Translations under genes and position numbers: made by a program
Shown: positions 41,138-51,253 of the stretch, one piece after another
Position numbering within the stretch: the first letter of the stretch is position 1
Layout: each line of letters opens with the position of its first letter
DNA from: Promethearchaeota archaeon
GTDB taxonomy: Archaea > Asgardarchaeota > Lokiarchaeia > Sigyniarchaeales > SOKP01
Assembly: GCA_016840085.1 (NCBI GenBank)
Contig: JAEOTA010000078.1
Span: forward strand, 1-64,000
Length of the DNA stretch: 64,000 bases
Direction: 5' to 3'
Notes under the pieces: generated by a model
Databases searched by the model: none
What the model saw: only the letters and a program-made list of their open reading frames with translations
What the model was told of the DNA's origin: nothing

Positions 41138-43405
41138 TCATTGTTTTGACATCTCAGCACGATATTGAGTTTCTGCATCCTCACGTATACGTGATGGCTT
41201 CCTATAACGGGGTAACTTAATATTTACCTTTCTTATTGTACCTGTAAAATGAAATGGTGCTTTATAATCTTCTGTTATTGGGGATAAGCTATTCCTCCCA
41301 ATATCTAAGCCTGTGGATGATATCATGCGTAGTATATAAGGAACTTGAATTGAACCACATTCCTTATCATCAATAATAAGAGTAATAGTTCCTTTTCTTC
41401 CTTCCCGTATAAATTTGACTCCAATTGAGCATTCTCCGGTAGGAATACTAACCTCTGAACGTATGACGTGGTGATCTGTGAAAATATTATAATCAAATAC
41501 AGAGAAATTGTCTTTAATATACCAACAATAGCCACAATTCTGAGTTCCCATTGCAACAATTACTCCCTCATCTTTTTCATTAGAGCGTTCGATTTCCGCT
41601 GTCATTGTCCAACTTCGATTTCCTACTGCAGGAGATACTTCGGAAGGTAGATGGGCGATTGGAGGAAAATATGTATACTCTCGCCCCGCATGAGGTGATC
41701 CAGGATCAAAACGAACCCTAAATAATTCAGCTCTTCTATCATCTAATGGTAATACACCATATTTACCAGCTTCAACCCACCATAAGTCGATTAATTTTCG
41801 TAATTTATCAGGATACTTCTCAGCTAAGTTATTCCACTCAGAAAAATCCTCTCTTAAATTAAATAACTCCCACTCTTCATCATCATATGGTTGACCTTGT
41901 CTATGAACGGTTACAGCTTTCCAACCATCAGCCCAGATGCCACGGTGACCGAACATTTCAAAATGTTGAACTTGCTTACGAGATTTCTCCGTTGGTGAAT
42001 CAAAAGTATAAGCCATTGACAAACCGGACATGGGGATCTGACTATATCCTCTAAATATTGAGGGGGGCTCAATTTTGAGGATATCTAAGATTGTAGGTGT
42101 GATATCTGTGATATAATGGAATTGAGTGCGAAAACCACCTCTATCTTTAATATGATGTGGCCAATGGATAATCAATGGATCACGAACACCACCCCCAAAA
42201 ATATGAGACTTATACCATTTAAGAGGAGAGTTTCCTGCTTGTGCCCATCCCCAAGGAATGTTACTATGACTATGAGGTCCTCCAATGTCATCCAATCTAT
42301 CTTGGATAGCATCTACGTCCTCTGATACTGCATTAAAGAATTTGAATTCATCCATAACACCGGTGTGACCCCCTTCCATACTTGCACCATTGTCAGATAA
42401 CAATATAATCAATGTATTATCAAATTCACCCAATTCCTCAAGAAATGAGATTAATCGTCCAATATGATGATCAGTATGATCAAGAAATCCTGCAAAAGCT
42501 TCTTGTAGTCTTAAAGCGAATTTTTTCATATTACTGGACAATTCTTCCCACGGTTGCACACCTGGGTTTCGAGGAGCTAATTTTGTATTAGGTGGTATAA
42601 TCCCCATTTCGAGTTGCTTTTTGTACCATTCTTCTCGAATAGCATCCCAACCTGCATCAAATCGACCACGATATTTCTCAATGAAAGCTTTTGGAGCTTG
42701 GTGAGGTGCATGTGTAGCACCAGTTGCTAAATAAAGAAAAAAGGGTTGATCAGGTCTTATTGATTTATGATCACGGATAAATTGGATGGACTTATTAATT
42801 AAATCCTCCGTAATGTGATATCCCTTTTCAGGGCTGTAGGGAGGATCAATAGGATGATTATCATAAGTTAACTCAGGATAAAATTGATCAGTCTCCCCTT
42901 GCATAAAACCATAGAATCGATTAAAACCACGTTGGAGAGGCCAATGGTCAAATGGTCCTGCAACCGATGCTTGTTCCATAGGACATAGATGCCATTTACC
43001 TACTGCAAAGGTGGCATAACCATCATCGCGTAGGATTTCTGCAAGAGTTGCTGCGTGTGGAGTGATATATCCACGCATATTAGGAAAACCAGGATTAAAA
43101 TTAGAGACAGCTCGCATACCCACGGAATGGTGATTTCGACCTGTTAGTAGACACGCTCGTGTGGGGGAACATAAAGCCGTAGTGTGAAAATTAGTATACC
43201 TTAGACCACTTTCAGCTAGACGATCAAAATTAGGTGTTTCAATATTAGAGCCATAACAGCCAAAATGAGCGAAACCTGTGTCATCAAGAAGAAGAATAAT
43301 TATATTGGGGCTATCATCTCCTATACGTTTAGGGATAGGCCACCATGGAGTTGATTCATTATAAGTGCGACCTATAACTCCTTTAAATCTTTCATATTCA
43401 TTCAA
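41138..43405 (-). CDS. Arylsulfatase (Cys-type, long AtsA-like)
   Basis: LLDD, CSPTRACLLTGR formylglycine motif, GKWH, SDNG, C-terminal LamG-like extension. Confidence 0.95.
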   Translation of the reverse strand: MNEYERFKGVIGRTYNESTPWWPIPKRIGDDSPNIIILLLDDTGFAHFGCYGSNIETPNFDRLAESGLRYTNFHTTALCSPTRACLLTGRNHHSVGMRAVSNFNPGFPNMRGYITPHAATLAEILRDDGYATFAVGKWHLCPMEQASVAGPFDHWPLQRGFNRFYGFMQGETDQFYPELTYDNHPIDPPYSPEKGYHITEDLINKSIQFIRDHKSIRPDQPFFLYLATGATHAPHQAPKAFIEKYRGRFDAGWDAIREEWYKKQLEMGIIPPNTKLAPRNPGVQPWEELSSNMKKFALRLQEAFAGFLDHTDHHIGRLISFLEELGEFDNTLIILLSDNGASMEGGHTGVMDEFKFFNAVSEDVDAIQDRLDDIGGPHSHSNIPWGWAQAGNSPLKWYKSHIFGGGVRDPLIIHWPHHIKDRGGFRTQFHYITDITPTILDILKIEPPSIFRGYSQIPMSGLSMAYTFDSPTEKSRKQVQHFEMFGHRGIWADGWKAVTVHRQGQPYDDEEWELFNLREDFSEWNNLAEKYPDKLRKLIDLWWVEAGKYGVLPLDDRRAELFRVRFDPGSPHAGREYTYFPPIAHLPSEVSPAVGNRSWTMTAEIERSNEKDEGVIVAMGTQNCGYCWYIKDNFSVFDYNIFTDHHVIRSEVSIPTGECSIGVKFIREGRKGTITLIIDDKECGSIQVPYILRMISSTGLDIGRNSLSPITEDYKAPFHFTGTIRKVNIKLPRYRKPSRIREDAETQYRAEMSKQ

Positions 43406-43464
43406 ATTTCATTACCCTTTCAAATAAACTTTTACAAATACTATATACACATATTTAATTTTAT

Positions 43465-43548
43465 TATAATGAAATTGATTTTTCAGTAATATAAAGATTA
43501 TAATATCTTCACTTTTTTATATGAAAGTAAATTTTCAGGATTATAAGA
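43465..43548. promoter_or_regulatory. 84-bp conserved non-coding element, copy A1
   Basis: 75/84 nt identical to 49606-49689 without gaps; two TGAAA-N6-TTTCA inverted repeats around a near-palindrome AAGATTATAATATCTT. Confidence 0.75.
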
Positions 43549-43980
43549 ATAAGTTTTAACAATATAATAAGTAATTAAATTATATTCTTGTTAAAGATAG
43601 AGATATCCTTGAGATTAAACCTCATTGGTTTAATACGGATTAACTCCGTTTTACTTGTTTTAATTGATGCTCACTACAAGTTATAGAAATTAGAAAGAAA
43701 AAAAATAAGTAAATGACAATATAATAATTCAATTATTGCCCTTGAGGGTATTATAGATTAGATTTTTTGTATTATAATTAATATAATACTTTGGTTCTTT
43801 CCTACCTAAATTTAATTTTACGTTAGTGAAAAATTGACTACCTTTATAAATAATCAAAAGTATATAATTACTTAAGATTTTTATTACGTAGATTATATTT
43901 TACGTCAGTAAATGAATATTTTTTTTTAATAAATAGATGAATATTTAAGTAAATAAAGAACGGAATAAGTTGAAAATCTT

Positions 43981-44766
43981 ATGGCACAGAAACAAATTCC
44001 TGAAATTGAGAAAGAGTGGTCTAAAATATCTTTCAAATGGCGGAGATTATTACCAAAAACGCAAGATCGACCACCTTCTCCAATAAAATTTGAACCTGAT
44101 GAAAAAGTTTTAAATGAGCTCATTGAACGATCTAATAAAATCATAAATGATATTATCACAAAGTCAAAGATTAAAGCTAGTGGTCATGCTAAATTAATAT
44201 CAACAGATAAAATTGTAATAGATCCACGTGTACGGTGGAAATGTCAAATTCCCGTGTGTTTTGGTTTTGGAACGAGCTTAAATTGTCCTCCACATTCTCC
44301 AACTGCCGAAGAAATGAGAGAAATTGTTAATAGTTATAAACATGCAATTTTCATCTTTTTCTATCCACCGATAAAAAACCATGTTTTTCCTAGCATTCTT
44401 CTAGGTGTTCAAGGAGATATAAATTTATTAAATCAAATGGTATCAATGATAGAAGCAGAAGCAGCATACATGGGATATTATCTTGCTATGGGATTTAAAG
44501 GTGGACCTTGTGTTGGTTGCGGATTTTTTTCTCCAGAATATTTTAAAGAATTAATGCAACAAAAAAAGATACCCGTCTGTCCTGTGCTCGATAATCAAAT
44601 GTGTCGGCAATATTTAAGAGCTCGACCAGCTTTAGAAGCATGCGGAGTGGATAGTTTTGCTACATCGGTTAAATGTGGTGAAAAGGCGCCGTTTGTAATT
44701 AATCCCGAACATCCACAAGAATCAGTACCATTCGTTGTTTGGCATGGTATTGTTTTAATAGTTTAA
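43981..44766 (+). CDS. DUF2284 family predicted metal-binding protein
   Basis: DPRVRWKC..PVC, CPPHSP, GGPCVGC, ARPALEACGVD. Confidence 0.85.
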   Translation: MAQKQIPEIEKEWSKISFKWRRLLPKTQDRPPSPIKFEPDEKVLNELIERSNKIINDIITKSKIKASGHAKLISTDKIVIDPRVRWKCQIPVCFGFGTSLNCPPHSPTAEEMREIVNSYKHAIFIFFYPPIKNHVFPSILLGVQGDINLLNQMVSMIEAEAAYMGYYLAMGFKGGPCVGCGFFSPEYFKELMQQKKIPVCPVLDNQMCRQYLRARPALEACGVDSFATSVKCGEKAPFVINPEHPQESVPFVVWHGIVLIV

Positions 44767-44807
44767 TAAAATATGGCATAAGAAAATATGAGAGGTAAAT
44801 CTACACA

Positions 44808-45470
44808 ATGAAAAACATAAGTTTAGAATATGAAAGTAAAACGAGAAGTGATGAATATTATATTAATAATATCATAGAAGCAGTTAGTGTACTTGATTTT
44901 TTTTCAATGAAGGATGCAATAAAGGAAGCAATAGATATGGGTGTCCCAATGGTTGATATAATTAAAAAAGGTGTTTTAGTAGGATTAGGAGAATCAGGAG
45001 AAATGGGACTTATATTAGCAGCAGAAGCTCTTGAAGGAGAAATCATATCTGTTGATGAAGAAGAGCAGAAAAGATTAGCTAAATCTCGAAATTATTCTGG
45101 AAAAGTCGTTATCGGGACTATAAAAGGAGATATTCATAGTTTGGGTAAAAATATTGCAAGCATTATAATGAAATCGTATGGTATGGATGTTATCGATCTT
45201 GGTGTAAATGTAGAACCTAAAAAATTTGAAGAATTCGCCTATTTGCCAGATGTTAAAGTTATTGGTATATCTTTTCTTCTTTCTGCATCAGAACCCAGAA
45301 TTAGAGAAGTAATGTCTTTATTAAAAAATGGAGAATTAAAAAATAAAGTAAAAGTAATTCTAGGAGGTGCTGCTGTATCACCAGAAATCGCGGAAGAAAC
45401 GAACGCAGATGCTTATGCCATAGATGCTTTACAAGGTGTTGATATTATCGAAGAGTGGTTAAGAAGTTAG
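44808..45470 (+). CDS. Corrinoid (B12-binding) protein, MtaC/MttC-like
   Basis: GTIKGDIHSLGKNI (DxHxxG), VIDLG, ILGGA, ADAYA. Confidence 0.9.
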   Translation: MKNISLEYESKTRSDEYYINNIIEAVSVLDFFSMKDAIKEAIDMGVPMVDIIKKGVLVGLGESGEMGLILAAEALEGEIISVDEEEQKRLAKSRNYSGKVVIGTIKGDIHSLGKNIASIIMKSYGMDVIDLGVNVEPKKFEEFAYLPDVKVIGISFLLSASEPRIREVMSLLKNGELKNKVKVILGGAAVSPEIAEETNADAYAIDALQGVDIIEEWLRS

Positions 45471-45575
45471 AATTATTTAATACTTCTTTATTTTTTATTG
45501 TTTTTTTTCAATTATTTTAAAAATGAACATACATCTAAATTAATAAGAGATTTCCAATCCAAGAGGTGCACTGAT

Positions 45576-47582
45576 ATAGAGAAAAAGAGACATACTCTTA
45601 TTTTAGAGCCTATTTCCAAGAGATTAAGTGTGGATGAGGGTTTATCGATTTATGAAGCAATTTTGGCATTAAACTTTCCAATAGGTGCATTTTGCGGAGG
45701 TAAAGGAACATGTGGAAAGTGCATCATTCATATTTTAGATTCTAATCCTAAAATTTCAGAACCATCCGAAAAAGAAATTAAAATTTTAGGGAATGAAAAA
45801 ATAATAGAAGGCTACAGGTTGGCATGTCAAACAAGAATTTTAGGAGATTTAAGAGCATATCTTACTGATTCCTTAATTCCAAAATCACCTATAATTTTAG
45901 TCGAGTCAGATTTAGAATCTCTTGGAATAAATGATAAAATCAAAATTCAACCGATTATTGCTTCCCAATTATATGAAGTTAAAAATGCAGATTTAACCAA
46001 TCCAAGGAATGATTTATCTCGTTTAGAAGACGTTATAATAGAAAAAAGCGATAACTTTAAAATATTTAAAAATCACACGTTATCCTATTTAAATGATTCT
46101 CTTTATAATGTTACAAAAAAGCTTCCCCAAATTATGAGAAAACAAAATGGTAAAATTACTGCCTTTTTCAGAAAGCTCTCATTGGAAGAACCATGGGTTC
46201 TTTATGATGTTGATGCTGGAAATGTTACTGACAAGATGTTTGGATTAGCAGTCGATATTGGAACTACTACTATTGTAGGATATTTAATTTATTTAAGAAC
46301 AAGCGAAATTGTAGCTATATCTGCCATGCTGAATCCTCAAGTTATGATCGGTGAAGATATTATTTCAAGAATTACATATATTGTAAAAAATAACGCAATG
46401 GATAAAGCTAAAGGATTATTAATTAATGCTGTAAATCACATACTCGAGGATTGTTGTAATAAGGCAAACATTTCTATTTCAGAAGTTAGAGATATTTCTA
46501 TTGTGGGTAATACTGCAATGCACCACATGTTTTTTGGAGTACCCTCTGAGTTTTTAGCAGTTTCACCTTACAACCCAGTATTTAAAGCTCCAATCAATTT
46601 AAGTGCTGGTACTCTTGGTATCAAATGTAATCCAAATGTTAATGTATATTCTCCTCCTGTGGTTGCAGGTTATGTAGGAACAGACACAATTGGATGTATT
46701 GTATCATCTAAAATCAATACATACGATAAATATTCTCTCTTGATTGATATTGGGACTAATGGGGAACTTGTATTGGGAAATAATGAAGGCCTTGTTACGG
46801 GTTCATGCGCTGCAGGTTCAGCTTTGGAGGGCGTTCATATTTCGCATGGTATGCGAGCTTCAGAGGGTGCAATAGAATCTGTCATAATAGATAGAGAAAC
46901 ATTAGAACCTTCTATAGGGGTAATAGGAAGCCAAACTCCACTTGGATTGTGTGGTTCGGGACTTATTGATGTTGTAGCCGAAATGCTGAAATCAAAAATT
47001 ATTACTCGTGCGGGAAAATTTAATAGTAAATCAGCAAAAGTAATTAATCACCGAAGAGTTGTGAAAAAAGAAGATGGATACCATTACATTATATATAATA
47101 AAGTATGGGATAATGAACCCTTTCAAACAAGTACTAATTATAATAATATTAGGGAAATTACAATTTCTCAAAAGGATATTAATCAGCTTCAATTAGCAAA
47201 AGGAGCATTTTTAACTGCAGGTAATTTATTACTTAAAATGGAAAATAAAAAACAAAATGATCTTGAGCAAGTTCTCTTAGCAGGAGGTTTTGGAACTTAT
47301 ATTAATAAAGAAAATGCTGCTTTTATCGGTTTATTCCCTGAAGTTGATCAAGAGAGCGTTTTCCAAATAGGGAATTCAGCGGGAGTTGGGGCACAATTAT
47401 TTATAAGAGATATTAAGCAGAGAACTTTAGCGAATAAAATCGCCCATAAGATAAGATATCGTGAAATAGCATCATCACCACTATTTCAACATGAATATAC
47501 TTTTTCTCTTTATTTCCCACACTATGATCTCGACAAATTTCCTATAATAAGACAAGAGTATAATGAAATACCTTTAAAATGA
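45576..47582 (+). CDS. Reductive activator of corrinoid proteins (RACo/RamA-like: 2Fe-2S + ASKHA ATPase); possible ATA start at 45576
   Basis: CGGKGTCGKC...RLACQ, VDIGTTT, DIGTNGE, GLCGSG, LAGGFG; SD GAGGTG 7 nt before the ATA. Confidence 0.92.
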   Translation: MEKKRHTLILEPISKRLSVDEGLSIYEAILALNFPIGAFCGGKGTCGKCIIHILDSNPKISEPSEKEIKILGNEKIIEGYRLACQTRILGDLRAYLTDSLIPKSPIILVESDLESLGINDKIKIQPIIASQLYEVKNADLTNPRNDLSRLEDVIIEKSDNFKIFKNHTLSYLNDSLYNVTKKLPQIMRKQNGKITAFFRKLSLEEPWVLYDVDAGNVTDKMFGLAVDIGTTTIVGYLIYLRTSEIVAISAMLNPQVMIGEDIISRITYIVKNNAMDKAKGLLINAVNHILEDCCNKANISISEVRDISIVGNTAMHHMFFGVPSEFLAVSPYNPVFKAPINLSAGTLGIKCNPNVNVYSPPVVAGYVGTDTIGCIVSSKINTYDKYSLLIDIGTNGELVLGNNEGLVTGSCAAGSALEGVHISHGMRASEGAIESVIIDRETLEPSIGVIGSQTPLGLCGSGLIDVVAEMLKSKIITRAGKFNSKSAKVINHRRVVKKEDGYHYIIYNKVWDNEPFQTSTNYNNIREITISQKDINQLQLAKGAFLTAGNLLLKMENKKQNDLEQVLLAGGFGTYINKENAAFIGLFPEVDQESVFQIGNSAGVGAQLFIRDIKQRTLANKIAHKIRYREIASSPLFQHEYTFSLYFPHYDLDKFPIIRQEYNEIPLK

Positions 47583-47671
47583 GATTTTAAAAAAAATTAA
47601 ATTAATGATATATTTTTTACTTTAGGCGGTATTTATGTACAATAGTATAAAGATAAGTTAAAAAAGATACA

Positions 47672-49477
47672 ATGAAAACAGGAAAAGGAAGAATTTTAAA
47701 AAGAAAATCAGGCAATCGTAGATATGATAGTTTTTGGGTTTATATTCCTAGTAAGATCTCCAAAGATTATGGTTTTCCTTTTAGAGATAAAGAAGAAGTT
47801 CTGATAGATTTAATAGGAGAGCACTTGGAAATTCGTAAGATCTACAATTTAAGTGAACTTACAAAAGTGTATAGCATTGAAGATGCTACAATCCCGAAGA
47901 TAATAGAAAGTAAAGCATCATTGAATAAGGATAAACCATTTATCTATTACCAAGATAAAATCTATTCATATCAAGATGTAAATACAATTTCAAATCAAAT
48001 AGCTAATGCAATTTTAAAATTGAATAAAGAATTACAATTGGATGATCCTAAAATTTCTTTAATATTACCTAATTGTCCAGAATCTCTTTTTTGTTGGTTT
48101 GGTGTAGCAAAAGCAGGTTGTGTTTTTGTACCTATTAGTTATTTGTTAAAAAAAGATTTATTAGAATTTGTGCTGAAAAACAGTGATACTGAGATTTTAA
48201 TAATTGATTATAAATATTATACTAATTTTAAAGAGATTAGTGAGAATTTACACAAAATAAAAAAAATCTTTATTCGAAATGCACCAGATAATTATAAATT
48301 CGATCAAAAAAGTGTCGATTTTAAAGAACTCTTCTCGGAAAATTACGAGAACCATAAAATTAATATAAGGAGTTTTAATCCTCTTGAGATCTCATATACA
48401 TCAGGAACTACTGGTAAACCCAAAGGAGTTTTGTATAGGAATTATTATACTTTGTCAGGAATTAGTGTAGGAAGAGAATGGGAAGTTTTAGGACTTAATA
48501 GCAAAATTATCAAATTTTATTGTTCCTTACCATTATTTCAAGGATTTGTACGATATTTTGTGATAATTCCCGTAATATATTTTGATGGATCGATAATAAT
48601 TGCTGAAGATTTTGATGTTTCAACTTTTTGGAATGATATAAATCTCTATAAACCTAATTGTTTTTGTTATTATGGTGCACATTTAACAGCGTTAGTAAAT
48701 GAACCTCCTAAAGAAATAGATAGAAATCATTCAATTAAATATGCATTTGGTGCCGGTGCCTTAAAAGAAGTATGGGAAACCTTTGAAAGAAGATTTGGGG
48801 CACAAATTATCGAAATGTGGTCTCTAGTTGAAGGTATTGGACTTACTATTAATACTAAAGGTTCTAAAGGGGGAAAGCTAGGATCTATAGGAAAACCGGC
48901 AAGAGGATTTGAGATTAAAATTGTTGATTTAGAAGGAAATGAAATACTCCCAGGACGGGATCATCTTGGTGAAATTTGTGTAAGACTGAGACTGCCTTTT
49001 GAACTTGAATATTATAACTTAAAAAAAGAAACAATAACAAGAAAAGCAAAAGAAAGATGGGTTTACACAGGTGATTTTGGTTATTCAGATCATGAAGGTT
49101 TCATTTATTATTTAGGAAGGAAATCAGATATGATTATTAGAGGAAAACAGACATTTTTTGCTATAGACATCGAAATAGTCGCAAATTCACATCCCCTCAT
49201 AGTTAGAAGCGCTGTTTTTGAAGTTAATAATAAAAATTCCACTGAAAAAGAATTAAAAATATGTGCTGTAATTAAAAAAGGAGCAAAAATTACTCCTAAA
49301 GAGTTTTATGACTTTTTAAAGCAAAATCTTGCCTATTTTATGGTTCCGCGATATATTGAATTTAAAAATGTATTACCAAAAAACGCAAATGAATTTATTC
49401 AAAAATTCATCCTTAGAAAAGAATGGAAAAGAGTAAAATCACAAAAGAATACATATGATGCTAAAGCATCATTTTAA
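47672..49477 (+). CDS. CaiC-like AMP-binding acyl-CoA ligase homolog with an N-terminal AbrB/MazE-like domain
   Basis: N-terminus ...FWVYIPSKISKD..FPF...EEVLIDL.GEHLEIRK; YTSGTTGKPKG, YTGD, GRKSD; degenerate A10 motif PKNANEFIQK. Confidence 0.85.
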   Translation: MKTGKGRILKRKSGNRRYDSFWVYIPSKISKDYGFPFRDKEEVLIDLIGEHLEIRKIYNLSELTKVYSIEDATIPKIIESKASLNKDKPFIYYQDKIYSYQDVNTISNQIANAILKLNKELQLDDPKISLILPNCPESLFCWFGVAKAGCVFVPISYLLKKDLLEFVLKNSDTEILIIDYKYYTNFKEISENLHKIKKIFIRNAPDNYKFDQKSVDFKELFSENYENHKINIRSFNPLEISYTSGTTGKPKGVLYRNYYTLSGISVGREWEVLGLNSKIIKFYCSLPLFQGFVRYFVIIPVIYFDGSIIIAEDFDVSTFWNDINLYKPNCFCYYGAHLTALVNEPPKEIDRNHSIKYAFGAGALKEVWETFERRFGAQIIEMWSLVEGIGLTINTKGSKGGKLGSIGKPARGFEIKIVDLEGNEILPGRDHLGEICVRLRLPFELEYYNLKKETITRKAKERWVYTGDFGYSDHEGFIYYLGRKSDMIIRGKQTFFAIDIEIVANSHPLIVRSAVFEVNNKNSTEKELKICAVIKKGAKITPKEFYDFLKQNLAYFMVPRYIEFKNVLPKNANEFIQKFILRKEWKRVKSQKNTYDAKASF

Positions 49478-49513
49478 CTTTTAAATGATTTAAGAATTTG
49501 AAAGAAAGAAAGG

Positions 49514-49555
49514 CTTCTTTTTTATTCACATTTTTTTTGTTAAATATCATTCTCA
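49514..49555. repeat. 42-bp T-rich direct repeat, copy B1 (terminator-like)
   Basis: 36/42 nt identical to 51713-51754. Confidence 0.65.
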
Positions 49556-49605
49556 ATTACATTAATTATCTAAGATTTCTATTTCTAACCCTTAATTAAT
49601 TTAAA

Positions 49606-49689
49606 TATAATGAAATTGATTTTCCAAGTATAAAAAGATTATAATTTCTTTATATTTTTATATGAAAGTAAATTTTCAGGATTATAAGA
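49606..49689. promoter_or_regulatory. 84-bp conserved non-coding element, copy A2
   Basis: 75/84 nt identical to 43465-43548 with the last 35 nt identical; 90 nt upstream of the CoA-transferase beta gene. Confidence 0.75.
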
Positions 49690-49779
49690 GTTAGTTAAAT
49701 TTGAAAACACTTAAACCAAATAATTTAACACGATAAAAACACTTAATACACTTATAACTAAAATGAAGAAGGAAGAAAA

Positions 49780-50664
49780 ATGAGTGAATATTCAAAAGAC
49801 TATACTATAGATGAAATAATGACTGTTTTAATGGCGAGAGAGGTTAAAAATGACGATGTAATGATTGTTGGTGTCGCAACTCCTATGGTATGGGCTGCTT
49901 TTACATTAGCAAAAGTGACTCATGCCCCTAATGCGATTTATCATTATATTATGGGAAATACATTCGTAGCAGAGCCTCGACAAGTAAGTTTACTCTATCT
50001 GGAGATGAATACAGCAAGAGCATATCGATTTCAGGATAGTGTAGAATGTACTTTAGAATCTCTTCCATCAGATAAACTAACTACTATAGAATTTTTTCGA
50101 CCTGCTCAGATTGACCAATATGGAAATACAAATAATATATGCATTGGGGATTGGGATAAACCAAAAATTAGACTCCCTGGAGCTGCGGGCATTCTTGATT
50201 TTAGCATGTTCTATGCCCGTGGATCTTTCCTCTATACACCTCGACATGATACAAGAACCTTTGTTCCTACTGAAAAACTTGATTTTGTGTCTGGCGTTGG
50301 ATTTCCAGACGGAAAACCTTCCATATGTGGTGGCTCAGGACCTCAGTGCGTTGTTACAAATCTTGCTTATTTAGATTTTGATGATGATACTAAAAGCATG
50401 AAATTAGGATCAATTCATCCCAGTGTTGACCTTGAAACTGTAATAGGATCAACTGGATTTGAGCTAATCATACCGAATGAGTTGAAAGAAACTTTACCAC
50501 CAACAATAAAAGAAATTCAATTACTAAGGGAAAAAGTGGATCCATTAAATATAAGGAAGTTAGAAGTTCTTTCAGGAAATGAACGCGAAGAGCTACTAGA
50601 TGATATAATTCAGAAAGAATTAGCAAAGCAAAACAAATTTCCAAAACTAATAAATAACAATTAA
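49780..50664 (+). CDS. Class I CoA-transferase-fold beta subunit (GctB/IpdB-like)
   Basis: AQIDQYGNTN, RLPGAAG, DFVSG, VVTNLA, SIHP. Confidence 0.88.
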   Translation: MSEYSKDYTIDEIMTVLMAREVKNDDVMIVGVATPMVWAAFTLAKVTHAPNAIYHYIMGNTFVAEPRQVSLLYLEMNTARAYRFQDSVECTLESLPSDKLTTIEFFRPAQIDQYGNTNNICIGDWDKPKIRLPGAAGILDFSMFYARGSFLYTPRHDTRTFVPTEKLDFVSGVGFPDGKPSICGGSGPQCVVTNLAYLDFDDDTKSMKLGSIHPSVDLETVIGSTGFELIIPNELKETLPPTIKEIQLLREKVDPLNIRKLEVLSGNEREELLDDIIQKELAKQNKFPKLINNN

Positions 50665-50815
50665 AAAGAATAACATATAACTCTCATTTATTTTTTGATC
50701 AGTATATTTAATAGTGTAAATATGCTATTAAAACATCATAAAAGTATAACAATATAATAAATAATTATTAGACTGTTAAGCAATATTATAATTAACTATT
50801 TTTATTTGATATAAG

Positions 50816-51253
50816 ATGGAAAGAGTAAAACACGAGATTATAAGTCTAGATGAGTTGGAAAGAACAATATATAATATATTTAAAATCCATAATGAGATAC
50901 TTCTATGTTATTTATACGGTTCTTATATATCAGATAGAAAAACTAGATATAGCGATATTGATATTGGAATTTTCCTAGATAAAGCATTCAACAAATCCTA
51001 TTTATATCAAGTAGAATTAAGTTTAGAAATAGAAAAAGAATTTAATAATAAAGTTGAAATTGATTTATGCATCTTAAATGAGGCAACACCTCGATTTTTG
51101 TATAATGTTATAAGTAGTGGAAGGAATATCTATAAAAAGGAAGAAAAAATCCAAAATGAGTTTGAAATAAGAATTCTATATTATTATTTAGATATTAAGC
51201 CAATGTTAGAGATGTATGATAAAATAACCGTCATGGAGGCGCTTAAAAATTAA
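50816..51253 (+). CDS. mntA: Minimal nucleotidyltransferase antitoxin (MNT/MntA)
   Basis: YLYGS...SDIDIG, IDLCILNEA. Confidence 0.88.
   Translation: MERVKHEIISLDELERTIYNIFKIHNEILLCYLYGSYISDRKTRYSDIDIGIFLDKAFNKSYLYQVELSLEIEKEFNNKVEIDLCILNEATPRFLYNVISSGRNIYKKEEKIQNEFEIRILYYYLDIKPMLEMYDKITVMEALKN

Noticed and set aside
43406-43980. Cobalamin riboswitch or ncRNA in the long intergenic region before the corrinoid operon
   Set aside because: Very AT-rich, no B12-box or convincing stems seen; only the 84-bp element is supported
45498-45575. TTG start of RACo at 45498
   Set aside because: Adds a low-complexity Phe-rich leader without SD; the ferredoxin domain begins right after GAGGTG-N7-ATA, though an ATG-free TTG start cannot be fully excluded
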